26,494 nt of DNA. Origin: Catajapyx aquilonaris. Taxonomy: Eukaryota. The notes under the pieces are model-generated. The model was given only the letters and a program-made list of their open reading frames with translations. It searched no databases and was not told where the DNA came from. This document shows positions 1 to 12,400 of the stretch, in pieces. Position numbers and translations under genes: made by a program. Positions within the stretch are counted from its first letter, which is position 1; each line of letters begins with the position of its first letter. Location: contig KZ538275.1 of the NCBI GenBank assembly GCA_000934665.2, positions 62,001 to 88,494 of the forward strand, in the 5' to 3' direction.

Positions 1-334
1 CTTGTCAATCAATAATGTCATTTTGCAGTCCATCAATGGAATACAACAAAAATAGCTCCAAAAATAAGCAACTGGAGATCACGTCGTATCACATAGCATG
101 GAATCACCTCAGTATAAACTAGATTGGAAAGTCTTATTGATCACATTGTTGCATCTAAACAATAAAATAATGGTACCAGAATGTGAGTGGGAAAAAAAAC
201 TGTTGATCACCCAAAAACTTTTCAAAATTAAAAACATGTTAAAACCGGCATGCCTTCTATATCTCCTCGACCAACTGAGGTGAAGAGTTCATGTTGCATG
301 CACTTGGCAAGTATGTTTACATTCTCCACTGCAG

Positions 335-340
335 TTTATT
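335..340 (-). terminator. Candidate AATAAA polyadenylation signal of the TUT4/7 gene
   Basis: tttatt on the plus strand, about 114 nt downstream of the TAA stop at 454-456. Confidence 0.45.
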
Positions 341-453
341 GGCACAAATGAGTTTCCTTTTCAACATGGATTAAGACGAGAAAGTGTGCGGATGGGACAT
401 GGAGAGTCAAGCAGCAAATCTTCGTCTAATTGCCCTCCCAACATGTTGCAAAT

Positions 454-3400
454 TTAGTTTTCGGAATGGGATTGGGATCGCATGTTACTGGACCGGGTGA
501 ACACCCTTGTATGGTAAGGATTTTGCCTCCTCCCCCCCTCTCCTCCCCTAGCACTGCCCCGACCCACCCCATCTCTGTACCACCCTCCGCCCACCCTGGG
601 ACCATCCCTGCGCTCAGGAGCCATCTCTTCGGTGCTGTCGGATGCAACTGGATGCTTCCTCTTTTGCGAAGCTTGCTTGGGAGGTGGTGCTGCAGGTGGA
701 GCATGTGATGCTGCAACAGTAGGAGGACCATGTGGAGGCCCAGGTGCAGAACCTCCAGCTGACTCTGATTCACTCCGTCCATCTCCTTCCTTCCGCTTAG
801 CCTCCTTCTGCCTCTTGGCCCTTCTCTGCCGCTTTCTAGCTTCCTTCTTTGCTACAGCAGCTGCTGCTGCGGCCGAATCCGCACTACCATCCACCACCTC
901 CTCATCCCTCTCTCCTCCTCTTCCCTTCCCACCCTGCCCACCACCCTCTGCCCCACCTTCCTGCCCACCTGTGCCTCCAATAACGACGGTCCTGACTGGC
1001 TTCTGCTGGTTAGCAGTCTTTTGCATTGCAGCCTCCTCCTCTTCTCTGCTGACGACCGACACATCCGCAGTCCTCCTCCGCCTCTCCTTCCCCCTCCCCT
1101 GCTCCATCCCGCCTCCCGCACCCCCAACCCTCTGGCTCTCCCTACTTGCCACTCTACTCCCATTGCTATGAGGAAGATAAGAGGGAGGAGGCCCAGGAGC
1201 AGGTAGAGGGTAGCGGGTGTGGTAGTTCTGGTGGTGGTGGTGGTGGTAGTTCTGGTGTTGGTAGCTGTGGTGGTAGTTCTGCTGGGAAGGAGGGCCACCC
1301 TTGCCACCCGCCTTGTCTGCAAAGAGGGGCCCATGCAGTTTGTATTGTGTTTCACTGGCTTTTGACTTTTCTTGGTCATTAACTGGCACCCTATAACTAG
1401 CCCTCCACAACCTTTGTTCCAGGGCAGTTCCAAAATGATTTGCAATTTATTTCTTTGCCAGTAATACAGGGCTCTCGCAGGTTGGAAGACGGCCACACAT
1501 TATCGAGAGAATCCTCCTGGAGCCTCCTGTTCATTCAGCTCCAGGAGGATTCTCTCGATAATGTGTGCCCATCTTCCGACCTGTGAGAGCCCTGTATTAT
1601 TGGCAAAAAAAAAATACAAATCATTTTGGAACTGCCCTCGTATGTCTATAGATGAATTTTTAAATGAATGCAACTGAGTTCCACACACCACAGTTCGCGC
1701 AGCATGCACTGTAGGAATGATCAGTGATAGATGATAAGCTCTCTGCACCGTCGGTTAGAGGATTTCCTTACCACATGAGGCGGATAAATTAGCCTCCGAC
1801 AGAGGTACTGCCTCCCCGTAATGCAATGACTCGCACTCCCCTAGCTAGCACCTATGTTGGAGGCTCATTTCTCCACCTCATGCAGTAAGGAAATCCTTTA
1901 ACCGACTGTACAGTGGGAGTACTGGTAAATAAGAGCCACACTTGTTTCCAATGCTATGCTTGCAAGGGAACAAAATGGCTAACTTTTGCAATGTTGCCAA
2001 GGCTCTGGAACGAACCTCTGAGGCTACGAGTGTGAATAATTATTTTGTTCCTGGGGAGTAACTCTGGCAACGTTGTTGTTGGAATAACGGAGCTGCTCGA
2101 GGGTTGTGCTAAAAAAATTCATCTACAGCATTTATTACAGTGAAGCCTACGGTGCTAACAACACTCACAAAAAACCTTGCACAACTGGTTTGAAGACTTC
2201 ACTGGACAACACCTGACACTTCCCCATCATTTACAGGGCCATGAGCAATCAGCACCTTGTACATGTGCAGATGTTGCACTTGCTTTAGCAGTATAACTTG
2301 GATCATTTGCAGATGTTCCTCCTCTGCCTGACTAATTTATGTCACGATGCTACTCTCATCAGATTCGCCCACAATAAAATGTGGCACCAAACTCATAATG
2401 TCAACAGAATAGAATGAGAACAAAATGGGACAACTAACCTCTCCTGTTGCGGATGGGACTCCTCCTTCCGCCCCTGTTGGCACCAACCCCTGCAGGGATT
2501 CCCTCGTCTTCAGAGTTCTCACCACCATTGTCCTGGTCGCGATCCCTCTGATCCTGCCTCCTCCTTCGCAGGGGACAGTACTTGATCAAATGTCCTATCT
2601 TCCCGCACTGGCGGCAGCCCCGGTCATTGGGGGGCTTCCCATCACAAAGGTTGTTAGGATCAAACAAGAATTTCTTCATGCTGTCATATTTTCCAGGGAT
2701 AATTGGTATGGCATTGCCAAACAGGAGCCGCCCACGACGGAATGACTTGATGATGTACGTATTCACTAATTTAAAAATAAAAATAAAACAATTGTGGTCA
2801 TGTGCAAAATGACAGGTGATTCGATACAAGTTGGTTTGTAATCACTCAAGTGCTTGTCAGCAATCACTTCCTTAGCAAGACACACTTAAGACATAAATCC
2901 CCCACTCACTCTTTCTCGACAAGCCTCCTCCTAGATTGTGGGTAAGCTCAAAGGGATCCTCGATGGCAATACACTTGGAATTCCAGAACTTCTCAAAACG
3001 GGTGAGGGGTGCCTTCTGCCTGATTGTGATCACATGCTCCTTGTAATTGAACTCTTCTGTGTAGTAGCGGAGAAGACCCACCCAAAGCTCTCCCACAGTC
3101 TCCTGATTCTCTCCTATGTGTGGCCACAATTTCCTCTATATAACCAGAGAGAGAAAAAAAAAACTATTGTCTCACTTCTTTCAAAGACATGTGATATACG
3201 AGGGCGAATCAGAAAGTAATTGAAAACGCTTTTAATTGAGACGCTTCACTAGAGAAACTGAAACTGAGATATACATATGAAAGGGCAAATCTTTCTCTAA
3301 TTTTAGACATAGTCACCATAAACTTCGGTACATTTGTCTCAATAAGACACTAGCTTTTCCATACCCCTGCAGAAAAAAGCATCAGGTTGGGTGGGAAGCC

Positions 3401-6400
3401 AGTGGGGGACGACCTCTTTCACTTCCTTGATGTCGCTGAAGTTCTGACCTGCCAGGCTCTTCATTGGTCCAAAAAGATGCCATGGTTAAAACCATCTCTT
3501 TGGACCAAAAAAGAACCACTAGCTTCTCAAGACCTCAGCAACATTGAGGAAGTGAAAGAGGCCATCCTACACTGGCTTACCACCCAGTCTGACCCTCTTT
3601 TCTGCAGGGGTATGGAAATGCTAGTGTCCCGCTGGGACACATGCACCAAATTGTATGGTGACCATGTCTAAAATTAAAGAAAGACTCGCCCTTTCATATG
3701 TATATCTCAGTTTCAGTTTCTCTAGTGAAACATCTGAATTAAAAAAGGTTTCAACTACTTTCTGATTCACCCTCGTAAACAAAAACTCACAAGATATTCA
3801 CTATGAACATGCACATTATTTTTCGCTTGAAATTTCTAGTTTCAATTACTTATTATCACTTTGAAGTTCTACAACATATCTGACATCGCGACAGGATTTG
3901 CTCACCAGCTTGCCAAGGTCATCCATAAACCACGCATTCCAGTCGTCTACTTTAACCTCTGGTCGCTCCCCTGAGGGGTCGTATAACTGGAAGGGTAACA
4001 AAAAACTACAACTGTAGAATTCACATCACTTGCTTAATTATAACTAAAGTACTCTGTCACTTCTTGCACACTTTAGCCCCATAAAATGATCAGCTTTTAA
4101 GCAAACTTGGGCCAGACCTAACTACTAAAATGTGTTTCTCTGCCAGATCATTTAAAAAAAGTATCAGCCATTTGGGAATCACGTCAATTAGGAGAGTAAA
4201 AGATGTCTTACTCGCAAGCAATATCTTTAAACAATTCCTGAAATTGGCTATTTATGTGACAATACTAACACCCCTCTCTCCAATCAAAATTGGCTCATTT
4301 TAAAATTACTGTTTTGTGTCACTCTCAATTAAGCTAATTGCGCAATAAAAGTTAACAACCACCCACATCACCACTGACCCCATAGCACCACTGTAAAAAA
4401 TGATGAAATGTTGTTACTGCAACACACCGATTCTGGCTGAGGTTTGCTAAATAACAATGGTTACGAAAGGACTGTATTGGACCTCAAGCAGCAGTACTCA
4501 ATGGTAGTGCCGTCCTACCAGTTCTAAATGACAGGTTAACGATAGGCTGTTTCACTACACTTTGGCACAAGGCATGCAACTAATGCCTTTCCTATACCAT
4601 GGCCAACATCCATTCATATACAAAGGCAATCATGAAAAAGAAAACGAACCTCCTGCAAGACTGGAATGACTGGAGGGTTCCGCTGCTGAAGGAAATGAAG
4701 TACCATCAGTATGTACGCATAGGAAGATAAGCTCCCACGCGAGGCATCACAGATGTCACACACTTTTGCAAAGCACTTCATGTTGTAACCCAGCATCTAA
4801 GAAACAAGATTTGCATTCATTATATGTTAAGCTGCAGTTCTGTACAACATGCACCTATGTTCATATACGCACCCTAACTCTGTTGTCAATACATGCATAC
4901 GTGTGTAGCATGCGTGTATTGTGCTGGGCAAGCGTGTTGTAAAGGCTGATGTCACCATCCAGGCGAGTCTGGTAGTGAGAAAACTTGACTATGGGCACTT
5001 TGGCTGTGGTGATGGGCACCACATTACGGAAGTCCTGGTGTGCTCTTAGTCTCACTGCCAAGTTCTTAATGATCTTGATGAAGTCCAGATCCTAGAATAA
5101 TCCATAACGTGTAAAAACCCTCTCATAGGTGGTCCCTTGAGGAATATAACGTTCATTCTTTTTCCCCTTCATGTTTTTTTGTACCTCTCCTTGCTCATTG
5201 TTGGTGAATGTGAGACAGATGTCCATGTCTGAGTATGGGAAGCCAAATCCATTGCAAGACGACCCAAAAAGCTCTAACTGTGCATCAGGATAGATGTTGT
5301 TGATGTAGGACTGCAGCTGGTGCAGAACTTTACGCCGGTTGCTCATATCCATGGGACCAGGATTACACTCATCTGAAACCATACAGACATTGACTAAAAA
5401 TGCCTAAATGAAGTGTATCTTCATGATCATCATCATTATTGAACACTCTGTGCCAGGCTTGTTTGACACGAACTGAGGGAAGGATGCAATAATTCACTCT
5501 TAAACTACCATGGACAACCTTGCCATTGCCTTACCAAAGATCTCCAGGCAAATGTGGTTGATTCGCTTCATAAACTCTAGGTTGACTGGTGGGAGGGGTT
5601 CCAGTGGCGGGAGGTCGTCTTCTGGGCAGTTGGACTTCAAGTGGCCCTCCTTCTGGCAAGCTCCGCAGATCTGAGGTGGTTTCTACAGACAAATACAAAA
5701 GCACATTTAATTTTGGGCCATCCTGGACAGTTCATTTGTTTGGGGCATAAGTCAACAAACTCCAGACTGTATTAAAACTTAACACTGTTGTCATTAACCT
5801 GCAATGTGTTCAGCAGATAATAGTATTGGCGTCATAAGCCTCTATTTTTTACCCACACTGTTGATGTGGTTGTCTACCGTGACGCCAGTACTATTCTGAG
5901 ATAAAACTTTCATGAATGGCTGGAGTCCTGATTTTGTCTCTCATTGTTATTACTTGCTGGGTTAATAATTAATAACTACTAGAAAAACCCGCGCTTCGCT
6001 CCAATTTTTTAGGGTGCAGGTCTACAAAACCGCTCGATTGTTTCTACGCATGCGGCCTGTGACGGTGGAGGCCATATTGTGAAGGGGGTGCAGTAGAAAA
6101 AATACGGTAAAGCAGATGGCTCTGCAGCTCTAGCTGTCGAAGTGAGCCTTCCGATTGTCTCCACAACAATAGAAGGCATTTGTTGCCCCCTCTCCTACAA
6201 TCCCGTCCCATTGCCATGACGCCCTCCCCCACTTCCCGCCCTATGTTCGAACCTGATAGACTCACATTTAGCCCCGTATCTCTCCCACAATCAATCAGAG
6301 CCCATTGCTATGACCACAAAAACATGGTGCATGCAGCATAGCAGGATTGGACATGTCTACACTTATTCTGTGGCCGCATGCCCTAAAAATGCCTCAATCG

Positions 6401-9400
6401 AACAGAAATTGCATCGAAAAGTATGATCTGGCGCAGGGCACCTATTCACCTTCTTCCCATTTTCGGCCTATAAATGACCTTTACGGCGAGTTGAAGTAGA
6501 GGTAAACGTAGTTTCTGGAAAGTCAATTTGAATAATGTGGAGAAAAGAAATCGCAACAAAATCGGACACGCCTCTGGGCCACAATTTTAATGCAGTCTTT
6601 TCTGTACCACTCGTACCACTGTAAAGGCCAAACCTGTGTGCAAATTTTTCCAAAGAGGATGAACAACGTGTTTCGCGACAAAAGAATTAGGTTCCCTTCG
6701 AAATGGTCATGCGAATGGTCTTGTAGGTATGGTAATGATCATAACAGGACCTTTTTTTTAAAATCACACAAGTGTCAAGGTTTGCTATTTTATGTAACTC
6801 TTGTGCTTTGTGCAACACCAGTTTTGGGGACAAAATGATCCCACTGACTGAAGCAACACTCACAGATAAACGCTTGGTGGTAAGGAATAGCATGTTTCAA
6901 AACTTTTTAACTCATGCAGCAACATTCAGAAGCACAAGTGTGCAAGGATTACTTAGTCTGGAAGGCTAGGCGGTACATGGAACTCACGCCCTATTTTTCC
7001 CCACCAGGTCCATTTGATCACCTGGACTGCTGGACTAGGCAATCCCTTTCCAGTCTGTGTGTCAGGATGTTACTCACAAATTTTGACTCACCAAGTAACC
7101 ATCCAGCTAAGAATGACACAAGGCCAAATAGAAATGCCAAATAAAATAGAAACAAAACACTACATTTTGGAACTAAATGGCTGCCACTACTGCTCTTACC
7201 CCACTGCATGGAACACCACCATGTCACTCCCTGGACAACTTAAAACCTATCCATAACAGTATGGCCACTAGCAATATGTAGAACTTAAATAACAAGCAGC
7301 ACGTACACGACCTGTATTCTTCACGGCCACCCTCTCCATGACCCTTTTGTTTGGCAGGGGTGCCAGACGCTGTTTGTCCCTGGCAACTCACTTGATGTAC
7401 CAAGTAATGATGGTTGTGGGGATATTAGTAAGAAGGAAGTTGCAGCTACTGCTTTTGAACTTAAACTAGGTAAATCCCCTGGGGTTGATGCTATTTCTTC
7501 GGAAATGGTGAGGTGTGGCGGGGATGATGTAGTTACTTTTCTGAATAATTTATGTAGGGTTTCTTTTGATAATGGCGTAGTTCCTAGGGATTGGAGAGAT
7601 GCTATTATAGTACCTCTGTATAAGGGTAAGGGAGATGTGTGTGACTGCGAGAATTATCATGGCATTAGTTTGTTAAGTGTACCAGGAAAGGTGTATGCTA
7701 AGGTTTTGATAGAAAGAGTTAAGAGGGTCACAAGTCAGAGAATACTGAATATTCAGAGTGGGTTTACGTCGGGTAAGAGTTGTGTAGATCAGATATTCTG
7801 TATGAGACTCGTGATAGAAAAGTATTTAGCTGTAAACAAGAAGGTTTATGTTGCCTTTGTAGACTTAGAGAAAGCATATGACACAGTAAGTAGGGAAGGT
7901 TTGTGGGAAGTTCTGAGTCTGTATGGAGTGAAGGGCTGCCTGCTGGAGGCTGTAAAGTCATTGTATGAAGAGAGCAGAGATTGTGTTAGAACTAGTGGTG
8001 TTTGGGTTAAGCAGGGTTGTGTCATGTCTCCCTGGTTATTTAACTTGTACTTAGATGCATGTGTAAGGGAAGCTATGGTTGAAGGTGTAGGAGTGCAGTT
8101 TGGTGAGGAGATAGTTAGTCACTTGCTGTATGCGGATGATTCTGCCCTTCTGGCGGTGGCGGAGAGTGAGGCTGATTTACAGTTGATCCTATGCAAGTTA
8201 GATAACGTTTGTGAAAAGAGGGGTATGAGGATTAACGTAGATAAGACTAAGGTATTGGTATTTGAGAGAGGACAGCAGGTTTCTCCTTGTACGTTGCAGG
8301 TCAACCAGTTTGTATACTTGGGTAGTGTCCTTGAGAGTAATGGTAGAATAGATGGGGAGATAGACAGGAGAGTTGGTTCTGGGTTGAAAGTGATAGGTGC
8401 CACAGGTAAGTTTTCTATAAATAAGGACTTCTGCCTGTAAGTTGTCTGTCTATTCTCACGTTATTGTTCCTTCACTTATGTATGGTAGTGAAGCATGGGT
8501 CTGGTCAGATAGGCATAAGAGTAGGGTGTTGGATACAGAGATGCGTTATCTCCGGGCTGTTTGTGGGGTTACTAAGTTGGATAGGATTAGGCATGAGGAG
8601 ATTTTGCAGAGGTGTAACGTTACGGAGACTGTTAAAGATAAGGTGTGTAGGTCTACTCTAAGGTGGTTTGGCCATGTGGAGAGGACGAAGGAGGAGGAGA
8701 TTGTGAAGAAGGTTTATTTGGGTGGAGTAGTTGGTAAGAGGGGCAAGGGTAGGCCTAGGAAGACATGGTTGGACCAGGTGGGTCAGTGTCTTAAGGGTGT
8801 TGCTAGTGTTAAGCCGAGATGTTCATGTGTCAATAGGACCATGGACGTGGCTGAGGCTAAGGTTGTTTGTTTGGATAGGTGTAAATGGCGTAGGTTAATT
8901 AATGGGTAGAATATTCACGGGTTTGTGAGGAATGGTAGTGTCCATTGAATTCTTCCGAATGGCTAGAATGTTTGTAGGTTGGTGGGAGGAGTCGGCGTCT
9001 GGAAGTTCATACTCGGGCTCTGGGTGCTGTGCAGAACTACAAGTTTGGCAGATATATCTGGCACAGTAATGCATAGGTTGACACCGGAAGTCATCTCGAC
9101 CAATGCTATACTTTTAACAGTGGAGAGGTAGTGGAAAACGAGATTATGTAAGGCTCAAGGAGCTACACTGCATCCCTGTATAGTGAGACACCAAGAACTA
9201 CACCATGGCTGGTACTGTACAGTACATGCAGGAACTACTTTTGCCCGTGCAACTTTACAGCTCTCATATTTATGCATGTATACTTTATAAGACCTTATGC
9301 AGGTAAAAGTGGACCTCTAAAAGTCTCAAAGTGAAAGGATGGGCACAAGTGCACCAACCTGATGAGGAGAGTCAGCAAAATTTCAGCCAATGCAGATATG

Positions 9401-12400
9401 AGCTAATTTCTCAATCACATGGTATATCATGATATTATGAAATCAAAATGCTGAAAGGACGTGCCATTTATGGAAAGTACTGTAAATGTTCCCAGCAATC
9501 AGTTCTTTATGACTGTAAAAGGGGTTGCAGTCATTGCAGTGTGGCAGTTGACACACAAGCCTTCAGTTACCTTCATACACGTGAGGGTATCTACAACTGA
9601 AAATCTCTCACCACAGATGGCACAAAATGGGAGGAAAAAGTCACTTTGGAAGTCCATTATACACACTACTGAAGTCCAGGCTTGTCTCCCATTAGAACTC
9701 ATTGCAAGAGTGAGGTAAATGTCCATGTAAAATCCGGTTGGCCTTCCAAACCTCTTAAGTTTGTACTCTAAACCATCAAGTGACTTATCCCACAACAAAG
9801 GGCTTAAAGATGGGAGGAAAACAACAACTGACTGACCTCTGCTCCAGTAAAGATCTTGTTGAGAAAGGAGTAGTACAGGTCTTCAGGCTTCACCATCCGA
9901 GCCAGCCTCTGTGCTTCAGAAGGTGTTACAACATGGTTCTTCTGCTGCTCTGGGGGTGCCTCAATCGGCTTGGCTCCTTCCCCATCCACCTCCATCGATT
10001 CAACCTTGTCATTGGTTCCTGCTCCATCTGGCTTCCTATCCTGCACGCCATCCCTCTCCTGGTCCTCCTCACTCCTGTCTCTCTTCCTTCCACCTGCACC
10101 CACCCCATCTGCCTGCCTTCGCTCTCTTTCCATCTTAACAATGTGCCCAAAAGCCTCCCCATCTTTGGTCTGAGGTGTCCCAAAGTACTTGTAGGTGACC
10201 TTAAACCTCTCTGTGATATAGTCCACCACAATGGCACTGCTGACTGATCGGGACAAGTTTGTCTTGGTAGCAAATGGATCTAAGAATCAAGAACCAGAAA
10301 CATGGACCGTTAGAAAACCTTGGCATCATTTATACCTGCTTCACGTAACGCAGTAATGGCACCAAAAGCCAGCAGTCAGTATTCAAAAGCAACGTTTTAA
10401 TGTGAACCAAGTCCACTCTAAAGTAACCACAATTGAGGTCATTTTGTTCATGGGCCCAAGAAGCAAAACAAGTGCACTATTGACGCCAGTCTTACTTGGC
10501 ACTCTTGGCAGGCTCCTTAAAGAGCAAGTGAAATCTTTTACACTCTTACCTTCGATGCCTAACTTGCTGCCCCATTTCTTCTCGTTCTGGCGAAGCTCCC
10601 TGTGCTGCCTGAGGCACACGACATTATCACGGGCAAAGAAATACAGGGAGTAGAATTCGAAAAAGGACAGCCACAGGCGGCCAAGGCTATGAGTATTCTT
10701 GCATTTCCACAAATCCTCAGTCAGTTCCGATGCAGCTGCAAAATATGAGACATGAAGTTCCATGTTGTTTATGAACAAAGATGGACTATTAGTCTAGATT
10801 ACAAACACTAAACCTGAAAAAAATGAATCACTAAAGCAAAAGAATACTCTTGAAAAATGTGAGTTAGCAACCACAGTGCCTTATGCTAACATTAAGTAGC
10901 TGCTTTTTTTCTAATACAAAATGAAAAAAAAATCAGAGCCAAATAACTTACCAAGGTAGGCATCTGCCTCTTCACTCTTGGACAATTCATGGAGAACAGG
11001 GAGTACAGGCGGTTCATGTTGTTGCAAGAAGTATATTAGCATCAAGGAGTATGTATATGAAGCCAGAGTCCCCTTCTCTTGTTGGTCAATCTCACACAAC
11101 TGCCAAGAAATACAAAAAATGTTAAAGTACATCAAATAGCTAGGTGCGGTGGTACTGGCCAATTATGATCATTATTACTATACCTTAGCCCAGTAGCGAA
11201 GTACAACCCCTAGCTTTGACACCCTCGGGTCAATCTCGGTGTAGCTAGCAAGAAGGCGGGTAGTCTGGCAGGCCATGTTGTTGTTAGCACTAACAGAGCA
11301 GCGCAACCCTGATTCCTTGTCCCGGAAATGGATGATGGGGATCTTGGCCCCAAAGTTCTTCTCCACATCTTCGTAATGGTCTTCACATTCCTTAGCAAGC
11401 AGGTCATGAAGGGCTACCAGCATCTTGGCTGCTCCAAGCTCCGCTGGCACATTCAAGTCAATGTTTACATCTGATTCTTTCAGGCCAAAACCATTGCTGG
11501 AAGAACCATACAGGCGGACCGTACAACCTGTGGAAACAGCACAACCATTAATGTCTCCTAAAGAGCCTCAACTGCGACATACACCCTTCCTCTCCCCCCT
11601 TTCTAAACTTCATGCACATCTTCACAGCCATCCCTAGTCGTACCTGGCATCTTCTCTTCAACTCGTTTCTTGAGTGTGTGAACAACTTCAGCCCTTGTCT
11701 GCCTCTCCTCTGTAGTCAGTCCCTTTTCCTTAGCCACCTCCTCCAGGAAGGAAGTCAGGTGCTCCACATGGCTCTCACTCACAGGTGGAAGTTGCGCCAA
11801 GGTCACCTCTAAATCTTTGGTCTATAAAAAGGAAAGGTATGTTGCGAAAGTCTTTGTAAGGTCAGGAAATGTAACACAGGTAATGTGGTGTATTCCTTTT
11901 GTTAGTGAAGAAAGATATAAATACAGGGTGTTCCAAGTTCATGGTATGTTTTCAGTTATCACTGATATTGCCCAAAGTTGTTATTTTTGTGTAGCTTGTT
12001 GTGCCCCTATCCAGGTGCCCAATTACTCCCTGGTGGTCAAACATAGCAGTTTCAATAGAATAGGACAGCTGGTTAGGGGCACAACAAGCTACAAAAAAAT
12101 TACTGCTTCAATTGAAATTTCCTCTATAAGGCCCTGCAAACTTGGAACACACTCTATGACAAGCATCTGAGAAATGTAAATAATAAGATTTGGGTGTTCC
12201 TAGTAGATTCTTACCCGCCTCAAACGCTGGTGCCTGGCATCACAAATGTGTCCTAGAGTGACCCTAACTGTGTCGCAGTGGTAATTGCACACTTTGCACA
12301 GATACTTGGCCTTGACTTGCTGCTGTTGCTGTTGTTGCTGCCCTCCACTTCCCTGCTTCTTTCGAGTTGAGAAAACGTACTCTTTCTCCAGGGCTGCCAG

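Noticed and set aside
426..1496. Several overlapping ORFs (430-708, 632-1171, 852-1496 and others)
   Set aside because: Alternative-frame or antisense shadows of the GC-rich last TUT exon. The 454-1316 frame fits the best acceptor (cccctctttgcag) and the incoming phase.
1989..2075. hAT-like short inverted termini (caatgttgcca / tggcaacgttg)
   Set aside because: Only 11 bp and no 8-bp target duplication.
2256..2327. Possible extra phase 1-1 TUT exon (GRGGTSANDPSYTAKASATSAHVQ)
   Set aside because: Weak pyrimidine tract, weak donor (gtgctg) and no recognisable homology. It cannot be supported without transcripts.
3387..3671. 94-aa ORF as a functional transposase
   Set aside because: Only the C-terminal remnant is present, with no DNA-binding domain or catalytic triad.
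7505..8909. RT as a retron, DGR, group II intron or domesticated gene working with the TUTase
   Set aside because: The context is a eukaryotic intron, the motifs are typical of RTE-type LINEs, and the ORF is truncated, frameshifted and internally deleted.
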